DNA of 64,000 nt, from positions 799 to 64,798 of the forward strand of contig CAZLLI010000004.1 of NCBI GenBank assembly GCA_964560355.1. The letters are read 5' to 3'. The notes below the pieces were generated by a model. The model was given only the letters and a program-made list of their open reading frames with translations. It had not been told where the DNA came from and searched no databases. The stretch is from an uncultured bacterium. GTDB lineage: Bacteria; Krumholzibacteriota; Krumholzibacteriia; WVZY01; JAKEHA01. The translations under genes and the position numbers were made by a program. Positions 27,837-34,191 of this stretch are shown piece after piece. The first letter of the stretch is position 1. Each line of letters begins with the position of its first letter.

Positions 27837-27897
27837 GAAACAAAAAAACTCCCCCGGCCGATTCACTCGGCCGGGGGAGTTTCGTTTTGGCGCACAA
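27837..27897. repeat. Direct repeat, right copy (hairpin / bidirectional terminator-like)
   Basis: The sequence is gaaacaaaaaaactcccccggccgattcactcggccgggggagtttcgttttggcgcacaa. The T-to-C difference turns a G:U pair in the extended stem into G:C. Confidence 0.9.
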
Positions 27898-27905
27898 GTA
27901 CGGCG

Positions 27906-28283
27906 TTACGCCTTGTACTTGCGAAGCCCCGGGGGCAGGTCGTCGCGGCGCGCGACGGACTTCCAGGGTCCGTCGATGCACACGCTCCATTCCCATGCCC
28001 CTTGAACCTTGCGATAGAACTGACCCGCGGTGTAGTAGCAGTCGTCGTAGCCGCTCACCGCGTAGACGTCCATGCGGTCGTCGTAGACCAGCACGACCTT
28101 CGAGTTGCCGTGCTTATCGCGGTAGCCGTACGCGGGCGCGTGGTCGGGCGGACCCGGCTCGTTCTTTTCGACGCCGACGTCGTGCGGCGAACTCTTGCCC
28201 GCGACTTTGGTCGTCGAACAACCGGCCAGCGCGACCGTTCCCGACGCGAGGGCGATGATCATGAGGGTGCGTACTGCGAACAT
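27906..28283 (-). CDS. Small lipoprotein, family not recognised
   Basis: The lipobox is 'VALAGCS'. It is convergent with the island and the metalloprotease gene. Confidence 0.65.
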   Translation of the reverse strand: MFAVRTLMIIALASGTVALAGCSTTKVAGKSSPHDVGVEKNEPGPPDHAPAYGYRDKHGNSKVVLVYDDRMDVYAVSGYDDCYYTAGQFYRKVQGAWEWSVCIDGPWKSVARRDDLPPGLRKYKA

Positions 28284-28397
28284 GCTCGTCCTCCATTATA
28301 AGGGGACCGAGAGCGTGTAGTGCAAAGTGCGGGCCAGGGAACGATGGGGAACGAGAAGGCAGCGCCGCGCGCGATGGGAACGAAGTCGTCGCGCCGA

Positions 28398-30197
28398 CTA
28401 CTTCGTACCGCGATAGATCACGGTGCTGTTGCCGGTGACGTAGGCGGTCGAGCCGGACGGTGCCCACACGTCGGTGTAGGTGCCGAAGGTGTTGGCGGTG
28501 GAGCGCACCCACGACTCGCCGTCGAAGTTGAAGAAGGCGTCGTTGGTGGTGTTGTTGTTTCGGCCGCCCAAACCGACGACGAAGATGTCGCTGGCGGAGA
28601 CTCCGAACACGGACTCGAGCCCGGATGAGGTGCCGATGCTCTCCGATTTCCAGGTCGAACCGTCGAAGCGAAACGCGTTGGGTTGGCCGGGCGCGCCAGT
28701 GCCGACGGCGTAGATGTTCGACGCCGACGAACCCCACACGCCGCGCAGCGCGATGGTGTTGAGCGTGGTGCTTTCGCTCCAATTGATGCCGTCGTAGTGC
28801 AAGACGAGACCGTCGTTGCCGACGGCGTACACGTTGGTGGGCGACGCGCCCCACACGGCGTGCAGCACTTTGGTGGTGCCGCTCGCTTGCGGGCTCCACA
28901 CGCCGCCGGTCGCGTGCACGATGACGCCGTTGTTGCCGACGGCCCACGCTTCGCCGCCGGTCGCCCATACGCCGTTCAGTCCTTCGGTGGTACCGCTCGT
29001 TGCAGGCGCCCACGTGCCGCCGTCGAAGTATGTGATAACGCCGCCGTCGCCGACCGCGATCACGTTCGACGCCGATGTGCCCCACACGTCGTTCAGTTGC
29101 TCGGGCAATCCGCCGGCCATGAAGTGCCACGCGCCGTTGGTGCGCCGCAGCACCTGCGCGAACGGCCCGACCACGAACACGTCGCTCGCCGACGCGCCCC
29201 AAATTCCGCGGTACACCGCGGTGCCGCCGACGTCGCTCAGTTCCTTCTTCCACTCGGCGCCGTCGTAGCGAATCACGGTGCCGCCGCTCCCCACCGCGAT
29301 CACGTCGTCCGCCGCGGTGCCGGAGATGGCGTCGAAATTTTGCGCGGTGAAGATGTTGGTCTTGAAGCGGTCCCACACCACGCCGTCGAAGTGGAGCATG
29401 ACGCCGACTTCGCCGCACACGAACACGTCGAGGGGCGACGATCCCCACACGCCCGTGAGCGCACGCGTCGCGATTCCGCCGGGCACGGTCATGGTGTTCC
29501 ACGTGTCGACGCCATCGAAGCGAAGTATGGTAGCGCTGCTTCCGGCCGCGAACGCGACGGTGGGAGTGAAGCCGTACACGGCGCGCAGGTTTTCGGTGGT
29601 GGTGGTGTTCTGCGCCGACCACCCGGCTCCGTCGAACGTGAGCACGGTGCCGGAATTTCCGACCGCGAAGGCGCGCGTCGACGACGCGACCCACACGCCG
29701 CGCAAATGCACGCCGGTGTTCGACGTCTCCGCGTTCCACGACACGCCGTCGAAACGCAGAATGGTTCCGCTGTTGCCGACCGCGACGACGTCGTCGGACG
29801 CGGAGCCGAAGACGGCGTTGAGATTCTGCGTGGTGCCCGACGCCATGGCGGAGAAGCCGGTGCCGGTGTCGCGCAGGATGAGTCCGTTCGGACCCACCGC
29901 GAACAGGGTCCCGTCCGATGCGGCCCAGATCGCGTAGATCTCCGACGTGGTGCCGGTCGGGAAGTCGCGCCACAGGGTTCCGTCCCAGTCGATCGAAAGT
30001 CCGCTACCGCCGACCGCGCGTGCGGCGCCGGAAGAAATCGCGACGACGCCGTGCAGCGCGCCGATCTCGGCGCTTTCGGGCACGAACGTGAAGGTCGCGG
30101 GCGGCGGCGGATAGACGGTGCTGTCGTCGCACGCGGTGACCGCGGCGGCGAGCAACAACGCGGCCACGCAACTATGGAGCGATCGTTTCGGCGTCAT
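28398..30197 (-). CDS. Repeat beta-propeller-like lipoprotein (about 14 units of about 40 aa)
   Basis: ATG at 30197 gives the lipobox 'AAAVTACDD'. The recurring unit is 'L..VWG.S..DV.AVG..GTIL.FDG..W'. Confidence 0.7.
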   Translation of the reverse strand: MTPKRSLHSCVAALLLAAAVTACDDSTVYPPPPATFTFVPESAEIGALHGVVAISSGAARAVGGSGLSIDWDGTLWRDFPTGTTSEIYAIWAASDGTLFAVGPNGLILRDTGTGFSAMASGTTQNLNAVFGSASDDVVAVGNSGTILRFDGVSWNAETSNTGVHLRGVWVASSTRAFAVGNSGTVLTFDGAGWSAQNTTTTENLRAVYGFTPTVAFAAGSSATILRFDGVDTWNTMTVPGGIATRALTGVWGSSPLDVFVCGEVGVMLHFDGVVWDRFKTNIFTAQNFDAISGTAADDVIAVGSGGTVIRYDGAEWKKELSDVGGTAVYRGIWGASASDVFVVGPFAQVLRRTNGAWHFMAGGLPEQLNDVWGTSASNVIAVGDGGVITYFDGGTWAPATSGTTEGLNGVWATGGEAWAVGNNGVIVHATGGVWSPQASGTTKVLHAVWGASPTNVYAVGNDGLVLHYDGINWSESTTLNTIALRGVWGSSASNIYAVGTGAPGQPNAFRFDGSTWKSESIGTSSGLESVFGVSASDIFVVGLGGRNNNTTNDAFFNFDGESWVRSTANTFGTYTDVWAPSGSTAYVTGNSTVIYRGTK

Positions 30198-30253
30198 GGG
30201 TTCGAGCGCGTCGGGAGAGACGAAACGAGCATACGCGCGCGGCGCGTCCGCGG

Positions 30254-32005
30254 TCAAGGCGGCCCGAAGCGTGCCACGAGTCCGCCCGCGACGCCGCCGC
30301 CCACTACGAAGATTTCGTCGGCGTCGGCGAACGCGTCGTAGATCGGCTCCAGCACCGGCGACGATTCCGCGTTCCACTTCTCTTCATGGAAGCGAAGCAT
30401 GGCGCCGCCGCCGCCGAAGGCGAGAATGTCGCCGCCGGGCGCGCGCACCATCGTGTACAGGTTCGCGGAGGTGGGGGACTCGTACGGAGTGATGCCGTGC
30501 GAGTTGAGCACGAAGAGCGCGCCGCTCGCGCCCACGGCGAGCGCACGGTTGTTGACATCGTTCCCGGGATACGCGACGACGTCGTGGATGTCGACCGGCG
30601 CTCGCACCGCAAAGATGGTCCAGCCCGAACCGTCGTAGTACAGCGCGACGCCGTCGTCGCCGACCGCGTAGCCTTCGTTGTTCGAGCGAAGCACGATCGC
30701 GTTGAGGCTCTCGGTGAAACGCGGCGCGTTGTCCTGGACCCACGCGCCGCCGACGCGCCGTCGCAGCCGACCATTCGAACCCACCGCGTAGAGGCGCGAC
30801 GGGCTCTCGCCGAATCCGTACCACGTCACCACCTCGTCGTCTTCTACCACCCACGCGCCGCCGTCGAAGCGCAGGAGCCGTTGCGCGCCGCCCGCGAAGA
30901 GGTCGCCGCTTTGCGCGCGAAACACGCAGAAAAGGTCGCGCGCGTCGACGCCTTCGTCGACCGACCACGCGCTGCCGCGTCCGTGCACGATGTAGCCGTC
31001 GTCGCCCACCGCGATCACGGAGCCGTCGACGTCGGTGCACACGCCGCGCAGAACCGGCACCGCGCCCGGCGTCTGCGACGACCACGCCGCGCCGTCGTGC
31101 GTGCGCAGCACGCGCGAGCCGCCGACCCAGGTGTCGTCGCCGACGCGGCACGCGCCGAAGAGCCAGTGCGTGGTGCCGAGGTCGACGGGCTCCCACGCGC
31201 CGCCCGCGAGCTCGAGCGCGGTCCCGTTCGCGCCCACGACGAGCGGCGCGCCCGGACTCGCCACCACGCACTGCAGCACGTCGCGCGTCGGGCTCGTCAT
31301 CGGCGACCAATCGGCGCCGTCGTAGTGCAGGATCGTCCCCGACGTTCCCACCGCGTACACGTCGTCACTCGCCGCGCCGCTCACCGACGAGAGCGTCTCG
31401 GTGACGCCGCTCGCTTGCTCGCTCCACTGCGCGCCGTCGAAGTGCACGATGGTGCCGGAGACGCCAACCGCGAATACGTCGCGCATCGACGTGCCCCAGA
31501 CCGAGTGCAATGAGCGCGGCGTCGGCGGCGGTTGCACGGCCCACGTGGTGCCGTCGCCCATGAGGAGCGCGCCGTTCTCGCCGACCACGAGCAGCGTGTC
31601 GGGCGTCGCCGCCCACACCGCGCGCAAGTCTTCCGGCGTCACGCGCGTCGTCAGTTGGAAGGCGACCCCGTCGAATCGAAGCGTGAGACCGAGGTCGCCC
31701 ACCGCAACCACAGGACCGCCGTCGATACCGGTCACGCCCCATACGTCGCGCACGTAACCGATCGTCACCGGCGACCAGCGCGTTCCGTTCCAGCGCGCGG
31801 CGGTGCCGGCCGGCCCGACTGCGAACACGTTGCTGGAACTCCCCGCCCACAGGGCGTAGGTGGTGAACGACGGCGGGAAGTCGCGCCACGTCGACCATTG
31901 CGACGGGTTCGGAGGCGGGGGCTCGATGGAGGTCGACGAGTCGTCGCAAGCGACGGCGAGGCACGCGAGCGCGAACAAGCGAAGCGCTAATGAGCGAACG
32001 GGCAT
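30254..32005 (-). CDS. Repeat beta-propeller-like lipoprotein, tandem paralogue
   Basis: ATG at 32005 gives the lipobox 'CLAVACDD'. It uses the same repeat unit, for example 'VFAVGVSGTIVHFDGAQW' and 'VYAVGTSGTILHYDGADW'. Confidence 0.7.
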   Translation of the reverse strand: MPVRSLALRLFALACLAVACDDSSTSIEPPPPNPSQWSTWRDFPPSFTTYALWAGSSSNVFAVGPAGTAARWNGTRWSPVTIGYVRDVWGVTGIDGGPVVAVGDLGLTLRFDGVAFQLTTRVTPEDLRAVWAATPDTLLVVGENGALLMGDGTTWAVQPPPTPRSLHSVWGTSMRDVFAVGVSGTIVHFDGAQWSEQASGVTETLSSVSGAASDDVYAVGTSGTILHYDGADWSPMTSPTRDVLQCVVASPGAPLVVGANGTALELAGGAWEPVDLGTTHWLFGACRVGDDTWVGGSRVLRTHDGAAWSSQTPGAVPVLRGVCTDVDGSVIAVGDDGYIVHGRGSAWSVDEGVDARDLFCVFRAQSGDLFAGGAQRLLRFDGGAWVVEDDEVVTWYGFGESPSRLYAVGSNGRLRRRVGGAWVQDNAPRFTESLNAIVLRSNNEGYAVGDDGVALYYDGSGWTIFAVRAPVDIHDVVAYPGNDVNNRALAVGASGALFVLNSHGITPYESPTSANLYTMVRAPGGDILAFGGGGAMLRFHEEKWNAESSPVLEPIYDAFADADEIFVVGGGVAGGLVARFGPP

Positions 32006-32076
32006 CGGCGGTAACCAGAACGGGGCGAACGGTGGGATGCCCCAATTGTATGCCGGCGCGGCGCGCGTCGCAAGCA

Positions 32077-32934
32077 CTACATCGGATAGGTGAAGCCGGA
32101 GAGGCGCTCGCTTTCCTTCCACAGGCGGCGCTGGACTTCCTTGTCGTACGACACCCGCGACGTGCCCAGCTCTTCACAGCGTCGAAAATACTTGCCGGTG
32201 ACGCCTTCCACCTTGGGCGACGACGCCAGGAACACGGGGGTTTCGGCGCCGTCTTCGGGCGGTTTGAAGAAGCGGCTGGTCGCGTTCCACGCCACCTGCA
32301 CGACCGACGAAAAGCTGCGCATGAGGTTGGTGTGAATGACGCCCGGGTGCAGGCAATTCGCGGTCACGCGCGTGCCCTCGAGGCGCCGCGCGAGTTCGTA
32401 CGTGAACACGATGTTCATGAGCTTGGTGTTCGCGTACGCCTGCCAGCCGCGGTACGCCTCCGCGAGCTGCAAGTCGTCGAAGTCGATCACGCCGCGGGAG
32501 TGCGCGGTCGACGCGACGTTGACAACGCGCGCCGGCGCGCTCGCGCGCAGCACGTCGAGCAACAACCCCGTGAGCAGGAAGTACGCGAGGTGGTTGACGA
32601 AGAACTGCATCTCGACGCCTTCGTCCGTGAGCTTGCGCCGCGCCGTGATCAACGCCGCATTGTTAATAAGCACGTCGAGGCGCGTGTGCTTCTTCTGGAA
32701 CGCGTCGGCCAGCTTGCGGATGGCGGCGGTGGTCGAGAGGTCCGCGACCAGCATCTCGATCGACGCGCCCGGGTTCGCGCGCAGGAGCTCGTCGCGCGCC
32801 TTGGCGCCGCGCGGCTGCGTGCGGCTGACCATGACGACGCGCGCCCCCAGCGCGGCGAGCTGTCCCGCCGTCGCCATCCCGATGCCCGAGCTCGCGCCGG
32901 TGACGAGCACCGTCTTTCCGTCCATCCGCGTCAT
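32077..32934 (-). CDS. Short-chain dehydrogenase/reductase (SDR)
   Basis: The cofactor-binding motif is 'VLVTGASSGIG' and the catalytic YxxxK lies in 'YANTKL'. ATG is at 32934 (alternative 32925). Confidence 0.85.
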   Translation of the reverse strand: MTRMDGKTVLVTGASSGIGMATAGQLAALGARVVMVSRTQPRGAKARDELLRANPGASIEMLVADLSTTAAIRKLADAFQKKHTRLDVLINNAALITARRKLTDEGVEMQFFVNHLAYFLLTGLLLDVLRASAPARVVNVASTAHSRGVIDFDDLQLAEAYRGWQAYANTKLMNIVFTYELARRLEGTRVTANCLHPGVIHTNLMRSFSSVVQVAWNATSRFFKPPEDGAETPVFLASSPKVEGVTGKYFRRCEELGTSRVSYDKEVQRRLWKESERLSGFTYPM

Positions 32935-32956
32935 GCGCGCATGATACGCTACCCGC

Positions 32957-34153
32957 GTGACCGACGGAACCGGCAAAGCGCGCGCGATCATCCACGTCGA
33001 CATGGACGCGTTCTACGCGTCGGTCGAGGTGATGGACGACCCGTCGCTCGCGGGCAAGCCCGTCATCGTGGGCGGGACGCGCGAGTCGCGCGGCGTGGTG
33101 TCGGCGGCGTCGTACGAAGCGCGCGTGTTCGGCGTGCACAGCGCCATGAGCACCGCGCGCGCGGAGAAGCTGTGCCCGCACGGCGTCTTCATCGCGCCGC
33201 GCATGGAGCGCTACATGGATGTCTCGCGCGATATCCGCCACATCATGGATGCGTTCACTCCGCTCGTCGAACCCATCTCGATCGACGAAGCCTTCCTCGA
33301 CGTCACCGGCAGCCAGTCGCTCTTCGGCGCGGCACCCGACATCGGGCGCGCCATCAAGCGGCGCATTCGCGGCGAAGTGGGGCTGGTGGCGTCGGTGGGG
33401 GTGGCGCCGAACAAGTTCCTCGCCAAGCTCGCGAGCGATCTCGAGAAGCCGGACGGCTTCGTCGTCATTACGGAGGAAGACGCGGAGGCGCGCATCGCGC
33501 CGCTGCCGGTGTCGCGGCTGTGGGGGGTCGGGAAGAAGACCGAGCCGAATTTCATCGCCGCGGGGCTGCGCACTTTCGGCGACGTCGCGCGCGCGAGCGA
33601 CGCGTTGCTCGAGCGCCTCGCGGGCTCGTACGGCCCGCGCCTCAAGCAGCTCGCGCGCGGCCTGGACGACCGCGACGTCGTCCCAGACGCGGACGCGAAG
33701 TCGATCGGGGCGGAGAACACCTTCGCTCGCGACATCGCCGACGCGGCCGCGCTGCGCGCGGAGCTGGATCAATTGTCGGAGCGCGTCGCCCGCCGCGCGC
33801 GCGCCGACGGCGTGGTCGGCTTCACCGTGAACCTCAAGGCGCGCTACGCCGACTTCACAACCGTGACGCGCGCGAAGACGCTCGCGAGCGCCACCGCGGA
33901 CTCGGTCGCGATTCGCGACGCCGCGCGCGAGCTCTTGGAGAAGCGACTCGACCGTGACGGGCGCGCGCTCCGTCTCCTCGGCGTGTCGCTCTCGAACCTC
34001 GCGCACCACGACGACGTCACGCGCGACCTCTTCGACGGCGCCGCGCGCACCAACACGTCGCGCAACCGCGCGCTCGATTCAGTGATGGATGCACTGCGCG
34101 CGCGCTTCGGTTCGAACGCGGTGACACGCGGAACGAAACGGGGCCCGCGCTAG
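32957..34153 (+). CDS. dinB: DNA polymerase IV (Y-family)
   Basis: Motifs are 'IIHVDMDAFYASVE', 'KPVIVGG' and 'SIDEAFLDVT'. The start is GTG at 32957. Confidence 0.9.
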   Translation: MTDGTGKARAIIHVDMDAFYASVEVMDDPSLAGKPVIVGGTRESRGVVSAASYEARVFGVHSAMSTARAEKLCPHGVFIAPRMERYMDVSRDIRHIMDAFTPLVEPISIDEAFLDVTGSQSLFGAAPDIGRAIKRRIRGEVGLVASVGVAPNKFLAKLASDLEKPDGFVVITEEDAEARIAPLPVSRLWGVGKKTEPNFIAAGLRTFGDVARASDALLERLAGSYGPRLKQLARGLDDRDVVPDADAKSIGAENTFARDIADAAALRAELDQLSERVARRARADGVVGFTVNLKARYADFTTVTRAKTLASATADSVAIRDAARELLEKRLDRDGRALRLLGVSLSNLAHHDDVTRDLFDGAARTNTSRNRALDSVMDALRARFGSNAVTRGTKRGPR

Positions 34154-34191
34154 CGCGCGAGCCCCGTCTTGCGAACAATTCTTCGCCGCGA

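Larger units (their letters stand above)
24156..27897 (+). mobile_element. Low-GC three-gene insertion bounded by 61-nt direct repeats (no recombinase gene seen)
   Basis: There is a composition shift: hand counts give about 52 % in sample lines at 25081 and 26521, against about 68 % at 48241. The flanking direct repeats are 59/61 identical. The block sits between two convergent backbone genes. Confidence 0.5.

Noticed and set aside
24156-27897. The three hairpin copies read as a CRISPR array or as integron attC sites, or the island read as a prophage, IS or transposon.
   Set aside because: There are only three copies, 1.7-1.9 kb apart, with protein genes between them, so this is not a CRISPR array. 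I could not find the RYYYAAC/GTTRRRY cores of attC or any intI nearby. The block holds no transposase, integrase, terminal inverted repeats or phage genes. The mobility mechanism is therefore left open.
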